Shown in pieces: positions 1 to 9,295 of a stretch of DNA of 29,515 nt. The first letter of the stretch is position 1, and the number at the start of each line of letters is the position of its first letter. The notes below the pieces were generated by a model that made no database searches, had not been told where the DNA came from, and saw only the letters and a list, made by a program, of their open reading frames with translations. The stretch is from a bacterium. Lineage in GTDB: Bacteria; Babelota; Babeliae; Babelales; JABCYS01. The stretch lies in assembly GCA_027452085.1 (NCBI GenBank), contig DAIDHG010000007.1, forward strand, positions 1 through 29,515, written 5' to 3'. The position numbers and the translations under genes are program-made.

Positions 1-456
1 AAAACCAAATTAACGATTACTCAATCACAACAGTTTTTAGCTCACCATGATTATAAGCAGTTTGCGCCTGATGTAAGCGCAATTTTCAAATTGTGCCGCA
101 ACCGCTTGTTTGAACATGAAGTGGGTACGTTCAATTATTATCTTGAACGTCACAAACTTGGTGCTGCTGAAACACGCCTTGAGCATATGAAAACCGCTTT
201 TCCTGAGCAACGATTCAATCCAAGTATTCTCTCGCTTGAAATTCAATTAGCGCAACTACAAGGGAATAGCACTCTGTGCGAAGAAAAGAAATTAGCACTT
301 GCCTCAATTGATGCAGAACTTGCACGCCGAGCCGTTGAAGGCCAGCGCATCGAAGGCAAAACAACCGCAGAAGAGATTCGTGAAATTCTGGTGGCTCATG
401 GACTTGATGCAAGCAGCGTTGCTGATCCAAGCAGACCGTTTGCCAACTTATTTTAA
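1..456 (+). CDS. Hypothetical helical protein, 5'-truncated by the window edge
   Basis: Frame +1 is open from base 1 (KTKLTITQSQQF...) through the listed 91..456 ORF to TAA at 454-456. It has helical/coiled-coil composition and converges on cdsA. Confidence 0.65.
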   Translation, partial: KTKLTITQSQQFLAHHDYKQFAPDVSAIFKLCRNRLFEHEVGTFNYYLERHKLGAAETRLEHMKTAFPEQRFNPSILSLEIQLAQLQGNSTLCEEKKLALASIDAELARRAVEGQRIEGKTTAEEIREILVAHGLDASSVADPSRPFANLF

Positions 457-464
457 CACTCTAT

Positions 465-1133
465 CTAAATAAGCATTTTGACCAAAATATCTCTGAGCGG
501 ATAAAACAAAATCACCGGGAATAAAATCGCATCAAAGCGATCCAACAGACCCCCGTGCCCCGGCAGCAACGAACCTGAATCTTTAACGTGAGCCGATCTT
601 TTCATTGCTGATTCAAACAAATCGCCCGAAAGACCGAGGGCGCAGATGCCAATCACCAGTACTGAGTGCGCGAAAGGATCGATGTGTGGCAAGGTTGCCA
701 ATGTGTAGCATCGAATGAAATAGACTGCATAGAAAACAAGTAAAGCAAACACCAACCCACCGGCCACCCCTTCCCACGTTTTTCCTGGGCTAATCATGGG
801 GGCAATTTTTGTGCGGCCAATCACACAACCAAAAATATATGACCCTGTATCGAAAGCCCAAATAATTGAAAACAGGTATATAAGCAGGTGGCGACTATCG
901 CCGTTCTGATTTAGAAAAATAATAAAAAGGGTTGGGGCTATCGGATATACCGGTGTTGCCATCAACACACGTTTAGTCGTCGAAAGGCGATACCATTCGT
1001 ACACCATGATGATACCGGCCAATGCCATCAACAAAGAAAACAACGGTGGCTGCCAAAAAAATGAGCCAACCACCACAGAACAAAATAGGAGGCCAGTGCT
1101 GGAACGGAGAAATAGATCATTTAATCTTTTCAT
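465..1133 (-). CDS. cdsA: Phosphatidate cytidylyltransferase (CDP-diacylglycerol synthase)
   Basis: Polytopic membrane protein with WAFDTGSY, ISPGKTWEG, GDLFESAMKR-x-x-x-VKDSG and PGHGGLLDRFD motifs of the CTP_transf_1 family. Confidence 0.95.
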   Translation of the reverse strand: MKRLNDLFLRSSTGLLFCSVVVGSFFWQPPLFSLLMALAGIIMVYEWYRLSTTKRVLMATPVYPIAPTLFIIFLNQNGDSRHLLIYLFSIIWAFDTGSYIFGCVIGRTKIAPMISPGKTWEGVAGGLVFALLVFYAVYFIRCYTLATLPHIDPFAHSVLVIGICALGLSGDLFESAMKRSAHVKDSGSLLPGHGGLLDRFDAILFPVILFYPLRDILVKMLI

Positions 1134-1197
1134 AGCACGCGTATGTTAGCCGCAAAAGCAATATAATAAAAGTCTAAATGCCATTTTTGACCATCAT

Positions 1198-1229
1198 CAT
1201 TGCGATTGATGCGGTTGGCGTGGTACAAC
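1198..1229 (+). promoter_or_regulatory. Putative sigma70-like promoter of barrel copy A: TTGCGA-18 bp-TACAAC with extended -10 TG
   Basis: CATTGCGAT(1198-1206)-N14-TGGTACAAC(1221-1229). The same motif and spacing recur at 4568-4599 upstream of paralog B. Confidence 0.55.
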
Positions 1230-1262
1230 AAAGATAGTAATGAACCACAAAAAAGGAATTTC

Positions 1263-2813
1263 ATGAAACGTAACATACAAAGATTATTGGCTTGTCTCAT
1301 GGTATTGCCTCTCACCATTCTTGCGCGAGACAAAGATACAGACTACGCCACGGGCAAATCATTTTTTAGCGTAAACCCACAATACACTACTGGTCGGCCC
1401 GAGCATCTCAGCCTGTATCGTGAAAATCGTATGCACCAACGCGAAAATGGGGTGCAAGGTTCATTTCAAGCAGTTGTTTTTGGCGGTAAATCAACCAATG
1501 ATCGCGGTCTTGCGCGCTACTTCTTCCCTTACCAAAAGGCCTGTTTAAAAATAGCTGAAGGTCCAAATCCTGAACCCTCCGGTGGTGTATTCCCTGGCGG
1601 TGCAGCCGCATTTAAAGATGACGCCTATGATTTGCTGGCACGAAATTTCAACATTGGCACCTACGATAGAAACTTTGAAAGCACCATTCTCATTCGACCG
1701 GAACAAAACTATGTCGGTGGCGCCTTCAACTACCGCCAAGCTAATATCTGTGGCTGCGATAATGGCGGTGTTTGGTTTGATGTTACCGTTCCGGTTTTGC
1801 ATGTAAAAAACAAAGTTAATTTAGAAGAACGGGTTACCACAACAGGTATACCATTGCCAGGAAGCTCGGTTAATATGCGTGCCGCCTTTCTGAATCCCGC
1901 CTGGAACTATGGAAAAATAGCACCGTGCGGCCGTGGCAAAACTGCCGTTGCTGACGCAGAAATTCGCATTGGTCGTGATTTCGTTCATGGCGAAGCTTGC
2001 TTGCTGGATGTATTTACTGGTTTCATTATTCCTGGTGGCAATCGCCCCAATGCCAAATACCTATTTGAACCGGTCGTTGGCCGCAACCATCACTGGGGTA
2101 TTATTTGGGGTGGCGCTGGTTCATTCCGTCTTTGGGAAAATTGCGATGGCAACAACAATATCTTCATTAACCTGGATATGAATAACTATTATCTCTTTAA
2201 AGGCAGAGAACGACGTTCATTTGATCTTTGGGATAAATCGTGGAGCCGTTACATTAATCTGTATACCGATGTTAATGCTACCACCACAATACCAGGCATA
2301 AATGTGCTGACGCAAAATATGAAAATTTCTCCGCACGGTACCTATCAAATTAATACCAGCCTTACCTTCAATTGGGGATGCAACATCCAGTTTGAGGTTG
2401 GTGATTATATGTACTTCCGTGAAGCTGAAGAAGGAAGACTGTGTGGCGGATGGCAAACGGGCCCAGCAATTGCCGGCAATAGCGTTTTACCGCCACAACG
2501 AAGCATGAGCAATGCAACCATGAAGATGTGGAACTACGGATTAATTGAAAATGATGCTGATATGGGCAACTTAAATACGGTGCCAGCTCTTGATACACCG
2601 GTATATCGCCCGATTACTGAGTGCGACCTCAATATACAATCAGCACTCCATCCATTCTGCGGTGGTCATACCATCTACGGCACCTTAGGCTATCAGAATA
2701 AAGATGCTGAGTTCCCGTGGTTCACGGCATTCGGCGCCAGCTATCAAGTGGCGGCAGACAACACCCTGATGCGCCGTTGGTCGGTGTGGGGTAAGGTTGG
2801 CATTTCCCTATAA
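1263..2813 (+). CDS. Putative outer-membrane beta-barrel protein, paralog A (unknown family)
   Basis: Start moved to ATG 1263 (AAGGAA RBS; signal peptide MKRNIQRLLACLMVLPLTILA). Rich in G/N/aromatic residues with alternating amphipathic strands, ending RRWSVWGKVGISL. Aligns end to end by eye with the ORFs at 4711, 7154 and 10823. Confidence 0.75.
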   Translation: MKRNIQRLLACLMVLPLTILARDKDTDYATGKSFFSVNPQYTTGRPEHLSLYRENRMHQRENGVQGSFQAVVFGGKSTNDRGLARYFFPYQKACLKIAEGPNPEPSGGVFPGGAAAFKDDAYDLLARNFNIGTYDRNFESTILIRPEQNYVGGAFNYRQANICGCDNGGVWFDVTVPVLHVKNKVNLEERVTTTGIPLPGSSVNMRAAFLNPAWNYGKIAPCGRGKTAVADAEIRIGRDFVHGEACLLDVFTGFIIPGGNRPNAKYLFEPVVGRNHHWGIIWGGAGSFRLWENCDGNNNIFINLDMNNYYLFKGRERRSFDLWDKSWSRYINLYTDVNATTTIPGINVLTQNMKISPHGTYQINTSLTFNWGCNIQFEVGDYMYFREAEEGRLCGGWQTGPAIAGNSVLPPQRSMSNATMKMWNYGLIENDADMGNLNTVPALDTPVYRPITECDLNIQSALHPFCGGHTIYGTLGYQNKDAEFPWFTAFGASYQVAADNTLMRRWSVWGKVGISL

Positions 2814-2847
2814 CACCGTGAGCCGAAATTAACACCAAAGGAAAGAA

Positions 2848-4512
2848 ATGAAGAAATTAACATTACTCATGCTCATAACGCCAGTCGTATTGTATGGCGA
2901 CTCTTTGCAACAGATAAACAACCGCATTGCACAGCATGATCTCGCGGGCGCTTTAGCACACACGGAAGATGTGAGCGGGATCAACCGCATAAAAGTATTG
3001 CAAAACATTGTGAAAGCGTGGGATCCTACCCAACCAGCTGTATCGGCAGAACAAATTACGAAACGCGCGCATCAGTCACTGCCATCGGCTGAAGCTCATA
3101 AAATCGAAAGCGCCGTAAAAAAGAAATTAGCCGCCCACCCAGCAGCTGCAGCGCCAGGTGGTGTGCGCGTACCAGTCCAACCACAACAACCAGCGCCAGT
3201 AGTGGCACCGATATCAGCACCAGCACAACCAAGCGCACCAATACCACCAGCTCCACCACTTGTAGCTGAAGCTCCCCAAGAGCCATCGGTACCGGTAGCG
3301 CCTGAAGCACCCCCAGCGCCGCCAGCAGCTCCAAAAACATCTGGCATACCAAAGGCCGGCGCAAAACTTAAATCAGTATTGCCCGCACGCACAGAAAATG
3401 AGTCGCTGAATGATTATTATAATCAGGCCATACAAAAATATGATGCTGCTTTAAAAGCAGGAAACCATGGCACGGCTAAAAACATTATTCAACGTTTAGT
3501 TTTCCAAATCCAGAATGATGAAAAAGAGCTTGGCACAGCAGAACATACGCAGATAGCCGCTGCGCTCCATGATTGGGGGCTCTATCCTCTGCACGATCTA
3601 AAAGCATCATTCGGCTCTGGCAATGCACGAACATTAACGGAAATTCAGGAATATTATTTAGATGTAGCAATTCCGACTATTGACCAAGCAATACAAAACA
3701 ACGACGTTGGCCAAGCAGTAACCGGACTTGCCAATCTCGTCATTCAATTTATTAAAGATGCCAACGTATTTGTTTCAAGCGAAACACAACTGGTCGGCAT
3801 CCTTAAACAACTGCGCGACCGCGGCCTGTATCCATTAACACAACTGTATCAAACAGTTCAATGCGTTCACGAGGCGAAGAAAACGGGAGCACCCATAGCT
3901 GCCTGTATAAAAAAGGCTGCAGCACAACCAATTGCGCGACCAACAAGCCCCTTAATACCAAAAGGCCAAGCACCAGATCAACATGCGGTTGATGCGGCAC
4001 AGATGATCCGCCAAGGAAACTTTGCGGGCGCATTAAAATCCATCAGCGCCGCTCGCATTGGCAATCGCAAAAATTTGCTCCTGCAGATTATTGAACGATG
4101 GGATGTCGCAAAAAATAGTGTGAGTGCAAAAGAAATCAGCGAACTGACAAACAATCTTTCCACCTTTGACAAGCAACAAATAGAGCTCAGCTTGAAGGCG
4201 GTTGAATCTGATCCAAATGCACGCACAGCCTTCGAACTCATAGGTAAAGGTGAGTATGGCCAGGCATTTATATTACTTGCAAGCATCAAGAAGGAAAATC
4301 GCCTCTCTGTCTTTGAGAGAATAGCTGACATGTGGCGCGATAAGACACAACCAGCCAAAGGCATGCCATTGGCTTTACCAATAACTATTAGAGGCACACC
4401 ATATACAAAAGTTGATGCTAGCAGCATGTATGCCCGGGCCGGCGAACTTCTGTCAGGAGCTGATCTGGAAATAGCAAATAAAATAGTTGAAGACATCAAG
4501 AAAACAGAATAA
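2848..4512 (+). CDS. Secreted modular partner protein 1: signal peptide, module A, Pro/Ala linker, two LYP modules, two further module A copies
   Basis: AAGGAAAG RBS and signal peptide MKKLTLLMLITPVVLYG. Internal repeats DLAGAL...WDP / NFAGAL...WDV / EYGQAF...WRD, and GLYPL twice. Confidence 0.85.
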   Translation: MKKLTLLMLITPVVLYGDSLQQINNRIAQHDLAGALAHTEDVSGINRIKVLQNIVKAWDPTQPAVSAEQITKRAHQSLPSAEAHKIESAVKKKLAAHPAAAAPGGVRVPVQPQQPAPVVAPISAPAQPSAPIPPAPPLVAEAPQEPSVPVAPEAPPAPPAAPKTSGIPKAGAKLKSVLPARTENESLNDYYNQAIQKYDAALKAGNHGTAKNIIQRLVFQIQNDEKELGTAEHTQIAAALHDWGLYPLHDLKASFGSGNARTLTEIQEYYLDVAIPTIDQAIQNNDVGQAVTGLANLVIQFIKDANVFVSSETQLVGILKQLRDRGLYPLTQLYQTVQCVHEAKKTGAPIAACIKKAAAQPIARPTSPLIPKGQAPDQHAVDAAQMIRQGNFAGALKSISAARIGNRKNLLLQIIERWDVAKNSVSAKEISELTNNLSTFDKQQIELSLKAVESDPNARTAFELIGKGEYGQAFILLASIKKENRLSVFERIADMWRDKTQPAKGMPLALPITIRGTPYTKVDASSMYARAGELLSGADLEIANKIVEDIKKTE

Positions 4513-4567
4513 GTCGTTTAATGTTTAATCGCACGAACCGCATAAAATGGCTGCGTTAATAAGAAAA

Positions 4568-4599
4568 CATTGCAATGAAAAACGACCTAATGCTACAAC
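4568..4599 (+). promoter_or_regulatory. Putative sigma70-like promoter of barrel copy B: TTGCAA-18 bp-TACAAC with extended -10 TG
   Basis: CATTGCAAT(4568-4576)-N14-TGCTACAAC(4591-4599), matching 1198-1229. Confidence 0.55.
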
Positions 4600-4710
4600 T
4601 AAAGTAAGAGCATTAAACATTCGCGCATGAGACGCTTTTAGATACTCGAAGCTTCCCATACTTTTGAGTTATTTATTAGGGTGATTATGGGTACAAAAAA
4701 AGGATTACGT

Positions 4711-6315
4711 ATGAAATTCAACAAGCGATCGCTCGCCATAGGTTTGCTCATGCTTGCCTGTGTTGTACAGGCAGATGAGGATCATCATTCCAATGCAACG
4801 ACCTCTAAAACATTTTTCTCGGTAAACCCACAATTTTCTACCGGTAGACCTGAGTTTCTATCATTTTATCACACCGATCGGATGATGGCTCGAGAAGGTG
4901 GTGTGAAAGGGTCTTTTGAGATCGTGCCCTATGGTGGCCAATCAAACAATCCTGAAGCATTAGGCCGTTACTTTTTCCCATTCCAAAGAAACTACATGAC
5001 CATTGCTGAAGGCCCAGCACCAGTGCTTGGCGGACTCGGCAACGTGATTGGCTTTGCTGGTGGTTCGGCTGCGTATCAAGCTGATAAATATGATTTGCTT
5101 GCGCAAAATTTTAATATCGCCACCACCACAAACTCATATCAAAGTAGAATTTGGATAAAGCCGCAGCAATCGTTTGCCGGTGTTGGTCTCAACTACCGTC
5201 AAAGTTTGCAACCACATTATCCAGACAAAGGGTATTGGTTTGATTTCACCTTACCAGTGTTGTGGGTGAAAAATAAGGTTAATTTACATGAATCAATCAC
5301 CACGTCGGGCGAACCGTTACCCGGCACCAATGCAAACATGATCGCGGCATTCATGAATCCAGAATGGAAGTTTGGGAAAATTGCGCCATGTGGCCGCAGC
5401 AAAACCGGCGTATCGGATATTGAGATTCGTATTGGTCGTGACTCAGTACGTCACCACACCTGCAGATATGGTGGTTTTATCGGCGTAGTATGCCCTACTG
5501 GCAATCGCCCGCATGGTCACTATCTATGGGAACCAATTATTGGTCGCAACCATCACTGGGGGTTTATTTGGGGTAGCTCAGGCACCTTTTTCCTCTGGGA
5601 AAACGAGGTCGGTGATTCAAGCATCCGACTCAACATTGATTTGAACAACAACTATATGTTTGAAGGAAGCGAATTTCGCTCGTTTGATCTTCGAGATAAA
5701 TCATGGAGCCGTTACATTAATATGTATGCCGATTCTATGGCTACAACAACCATCCCAGGTATTAACGTGCTCACGAGAAAATTGAAGGTTCGCCCGCGCG
5801 GCTTATACCAAATAAATTCATCGTGGGAATTCCACTGGCGTGAAAATTTCATCTTTGAAGTTGGTACACAACTATTTGCTCGTCAAACAGAATCAGCACG
5901 TTTGGCCTGCCCGTGGGTTGAGGGGCCTGGTATTGCTGGTACCGCCCTGCCAAGCACGCCAACGACACCGTACAATATTGCCACCCGTACTGAGAGCAAT
6001 GCGAATATGCATACCTGGGACTATGGTTTAATTTCAGATGACGTTGATCAATCAAAAACGGTATTCACCAATGATTGCACGGGCGTTGGGGTCAATACTT
6101 ATATTTTCAGACCAATTAAATTTGAAGATTTAAATATTCAATCTGCGCTTCATCCAACCACATTAGGTCACACAATTTATGGAACGTTTGGCTGGCAAGA
6201 TAAGAAGGCATGCTATCCATGGTTTGTATCTATCGGTGCAAGCTCACAATGGGGGGTAGATAATTCCATCTTGTACCGTTGGTCTGCTTGGGGCAAAGTT
6301 GGTGTATCGGTGTAA
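4711..6315 (+). CDS. Putative outer-membrane beta-barrel protein, paralog B
   Basis: ATG 4711 follows an AAAGGA RBS; signal peptide MKFNKRSLAIGLLMLACVVQA. Shared blocks SKTFFSVNPQ, GKIAPCG, GRNHHWG, DKSWSRY, PGINVLT, QSALHP; C-terminus WSAWGKVGVSV. Confidence 0.75.
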   Translation: MKFNKRSLAIGLLMLACVVQADEDHHSNATTSKTFFSVNPQFSTGRPEFLSFYHTDRMMAREGGVKGSFEIVPYGGQSNNPEALGRYFFPFQRNYMTIAEGPAPVLGGLGNVIGFAGGSAAYQADKYDLLAQNFNIATTTNSYQSRIWIKPQQSFAGVGLNYRQSLQPHYPDKGYWFDFTLPVLWVKNKVNLHESITTSGEPLPGTNANMIAAFMNPEWKFGKIAPCGRSKTGVSDIEIRIGRDSVRHHTCRYGGFIGVVCPTGNRPHGHYLWEPIIGRNHHWGFIWGSSGTFFLWENEVGDSSIRLNIDLNNNYMFEGSEFRSFDLRDKSWSRYINMYADSMATTTIPGINVLTRKLKVRPRGLYQINSSWEFHWRENFIFEVGTQLFARQTESARLACPWVEGPGIAGTALPSTPTTPYNIATRTESNANMHTWDYGLISDDVDQSKTVFTNDCTGVGVNTYIFRPIKFEDLNIQSALHPTTLGHTIYGTFGWQDKKACYPWFVSIGASSQWGVDNSILYRWSAWGKVGVSV

Positions 6316-6396
6316 CAGGATTTAGTTTAATTAGGATTATGTTTGACAGGTCAGGTCTCTTTATAGGAAAGAGCCTGCAATATGAAGGGTGTTCAC

Positions 6397-7128
6397 ATGA
6401 AGAAAAAAACATTATTCATCAATGCGTTATTGCTTCCAGCATTTATCGGTGCATATACCGATGAACAGATGGAAGAAATGATAGAAGCTGGGCAGGAGGC
6501 TGCGCTCTACGCGTATCTCAACCAAAGCCCAGTCGTGGTCAAGCCAAGACCAAAGAAAAAAAATGATAAGCAGATGGCTCCTGCGGTCAGCGTTGTAACA
6601 CAAGAGGCGCAGGTCAGCATTGAGCAGCCGACGGCTGTATCATCAGAGCCTCAGCTTAATGAGCTCGACGATCTTGTGCTTGATGAAATACCATCGGATT
6701 CAATCGAATTGTCTGAAGAACCAGAGACCGAGGTATTGGCTGAAGAAGAACAGGCAGCAAACGATGGAATCGTTGAAGCAGATGAATCGGCAGATGAAAC
6801 TGTTTCTGCGGCAGAGCTCCAACCACCATATGGCATCTATCAAAGCATCATTGAAGAATTTGATGCCTACATGTCTGATGGCAAGGTAAAAAGCCTAAAA
6901 AAAGCATCCGCCATATTAAAACAGCTCGCACAAACATTTAAAGAAGACGCCGAATTTATTGAAAGCAACCAGGATCTCTATACCGCGTTGGTAAGCAAAG
7001 ATCTCTATCCGATTTCAGGGATAAAGAAGGAATATAAGAGGATACAAAATCATATTAAAAAATTGGAAACAAAACCAGGCATTCTAGCGTGGCTCAGAAG
7101 CTGGTTTAGTAAACCCACTGGTAATTAA
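6397..7128 (+). CDS. Secreted partner protein 2: signal peptide, acidic low-complexity tract, LYP module, C-terminal W-rich amphipathic helix
   Basis: Start at ATG 6397 (alternative 6382). Signal peptide MKKKTLFINALLLPAFIGA, E/D-rich middle, ...ALVSKDLYPI..., ending GILAWLRSWFSKP. Confidence 0.8.
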   Translation: MKKKTLFINALLLPAFIGAYTDEQMEEMIEAGQEAALYAYLNQSPVVVKPRPKKKNDKQMAPAVSVVTQEAQVSIEQPTAVSSEPQLNELDDLVLDEIPSDSIELSEEPETEVLAEEEQAANDGIVEADESADETVSAAELQPPYGIYQSIIEEFDAYMSDGKVKSLKKASAILKQLAQTFKEDAEFIESNQDLYTALVSKDLYPISGIKKEYKRIQNHIKKLETKPGILAWLRSWFSKPTGN

Positions 7129-7153
7129 CCCCAAACAACAATAGGAGTTTGAA

Positions 7154-8701
7154 ATGAAAATAAAAAACCTATTACCAATGATGTTATTGCTGCCGTTCAC
7201 CATGCAAGCAGAAGATAATCATGCTGATGATGCAACAAGCAAAACATTTTTCTCGGTAAATCCACACTATTCGACCGGACGCCCAGAACATTTAAGCTTG
7301 TATCGCTATCAGCGCATGCAAGAACGTGAAAACGGGTGCGGTGCCTCTTTCCAAATAGTTGGCTTTGGTGGTAAATCCACCAATTCAAGTGACCTAGCAC
7401 GTTACTTTTTACCCTATCAAAAGAGCTGCTTAGTTATTGCAGAAAGCCCAGATCCAAATCCAGTTGACGGCGCATTCATAGGTGGTTCTCCGTCATTCAA
7501 GAATGATTCGTATGATTTGCTCGCCCGTAACTTTAATATCGAAACTGAAGAGCATAACTTTGAGAGCCGCATTGCGATTCGCCCGAAGCAATCATTTGGC
7601 GGTGCCGCATTAAACTACTCTCAAATGCTTTCTCATTGCGATAATAAAGGCTACTGGTTTGATGTCACCATTCCCGTAGTGCACGTTAAAAACAGTGTGC
7701 ATTTAGAAGAAAAGGTGACCAGCTCATCTGCTCCACTTCCTGGCACATCGGCAAATATGCGCGCCGCATTTATGAATCCAGATTGGAAATATGGAAAAAT
7801 AGCACCGTGCGGCCATGGCAAAACTGCGGTTGGCGATGCTGAAATGCGCTTTGGTCTTGAGATCGTTAATGAAGGTACGTGCAGCTATGGTGGCTGGCTT
7901 GGTTTCATTATCCCTGGCGGCAATCGCCCAAATGCTCGTTACATGTTTGAACCGGTCGTTGGCCGTAACCACCACTGGGGAATCTCATGGGGTAGCTCTA
8001 CCATGTTTGAAGTGTGGGAAAACCAATGCGGTACTTCCAACATCCGTTGGTATTTAGATACTAATAACTACTATCTATTCCAAGCTACCGAGCGTCGTTC
8101 ATTTGATTTACGTGATAAATCATGGAGCCGTTATATGAATCTATTTGCAGATTCAACAGCTACCACAACGATTCCTGGTATCAACGTATTGACCCAAAAA
8201 ATGAAGATCAAACCACAGTGTACATTCCAAATGAATTCAGCCTTCACCTTCGATTGGGGCCCACATTTCCAGCTTGAAGCCGGTGCCCAACTCTACTTCC
8301 GTCAGGCTGAACAAGGAAAACTATGTGGTGGCTGGCAGGAAGGCCCTGCAATTGCTGGCACAAAGTCTGCAACAGCTACCCCAGCAACCTCAATGAGCAA
8401 TGCAACAATGCGCATGTGGGATTATGATTTAATCAATGATGATGCTGACATGTCAGCGTTGCATGTAGACCCTGCGGCTAACACGCCAGTCTATAGAACC
8501 ATTAAGCTTGCTGACCTCAACTTGCAATCTGCATTGCATCCGTTTACCGGTGGTTTCACCTTCTACGGAACATTAGGCTACCAAAACAATGATGCAAATT
8601 ATCCTTGGTTTGCAGCTGTGGGCAGCGGCTATCAGTTGGGATCTGATAATACATTCATGCAGCGTTGGTCTGTATGGGGCAAAATAGGTATGTCTCTCTA
8701 G
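7154..8701 (+). CDS. Putative outer-membrane beta-barrel protein, paralog C (closest to A)
   Basis: AGGAG RBS; signal peptide MKIKNLLPMMLLLPFTMQA; the same conserved blocks; C-terminus QRWSVWGKIGMSL. Confidence 0.75.
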   Translation: MKIKNLLPMMLLLPFTMQAEDNHADDATSKTFFSVNPHYSTGRPEHLSLYRYQRMQERENGCGASFQIVGFGGKSTNSSDLARYFLPYQKSCLVIAESPDPNPVDGAFIGGSPSFKNDSYDLLARNFNIETEEHNFESRIAIRPKQSFGGAALNYSQMLSHCDNKGYWFDVTIPVVHVKNSVHLEEKVTSSSAPLPGTSANMRAAFMNPDWKYGKIAPCGHGKTAVGDAEMRFGLEIVNEGTCSYGGWLGFIIPGGNRPNARYMFEPVVGRNHHWGISWGSSTMFEVWENQCGTSNIRWYLDTNNYYLFQATERRSFDLRDKSWSRYMNLFADSTATTTIPGINVLTQKMKIKPQCTFQMNSAFTFDWGPHFQLEAGAQLYFRQAEQGKLCGGWQEGPAIAGTKSATATPATSMSNATMRMWDYDLINDDADMSALHVDPAANTPVYRTIKLADLNLQSALHPFTGGFTFYGTLGYQNNDANYPWFAAVGSGYQLGSDNTFMQRWSVWGKIGMSL

Positions 8702-8709
8702 GAAATACT

Positions 8710-9267
8710 ATGAAGAGATCACTGTTAATTTTAGCACTTACACCACTCTGTGTGCATGCCGCTGGCAAAAGATCTGGCCGGTTCAGCCCAAGCTTACCTA
8801 CCATCCAAGAAGAAGGTGAACAAAAAGCTGCACTGGCAGAAAAGCAACCAGCCAAGGTAACTATGAGTCAGGAAACCAAAGCAGACCTTATTGCAGCATT
8901 GCATAAAGATAATGCCGAAAAGATAGAGAAGCTTTTGCAACAACATCCTGAATTACTCAACGCACCATTGCACGGTGGTGGATCATTGCTGAACTTAGCG
9001 GCATATCACGACAAGCAAAAAGTTGCCGCATATGTGCTTGACCAAAAAGGCATTCATGTGGATCAGCGCGATAGCGATCAGATGACTCCTCTGATGTGGG
9101 CTGCCACGAAAGGAAATTCTGATATTGCGTCAATGCTCTTGCAACATGGTGCCGATATTTCCTTAACCGATCGGTTTGGAAAAACAGCAAGCTATTATGC
9201 TTCGGCATATCCTGCGATCAAAAAAGAGATTGCTGGATATGAACGGCAACGCAAAAAACAGCGGTAA
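8710..9267 (+). CDS. Signal-peptide-bearing ankyrin-repeat protein
   Basis: ATG 8710 lies 8 bp after the barrel C stop. Signal peptide MKRSLLILALTPLCVHA. Ankyrin repeats GGSLLNLAAYHD..., QMTPLMWAATKGNSDIASMLLQHGADI, FGKTASYYA. Confidence 0.88.
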   Translation: MKRSLLILALTPLCVHAAGKRSGRFSPSLPTIQEEGEQKAALAEKQPAKVTMSQETKADLIAALHKDNAEKIEKLLQQHPELLNAPLHGGGSLLNLAAYHDKQKVAAYVLDQKGIHVDQRDSDQMTPLMWAATKGNSDIASMLLQHGADISLTDRFGKTASYYASAYPAIKKEIAGYERQRKKQR

Positions 9268-9295
9268 GATTACATAGGTAAATATTATCGTCTTT

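Noticed and set aside
3056..4499. Antisense ORFs (3056-3364, 3096-3392, 3978-4499) and the many other 60-125 aa ORFs inside long genes
   Set aside because: These are shadows of real CDSs (for example the Gly/Ala-rich mirror of the Pro-rich tract), with no RBS or family motifs.
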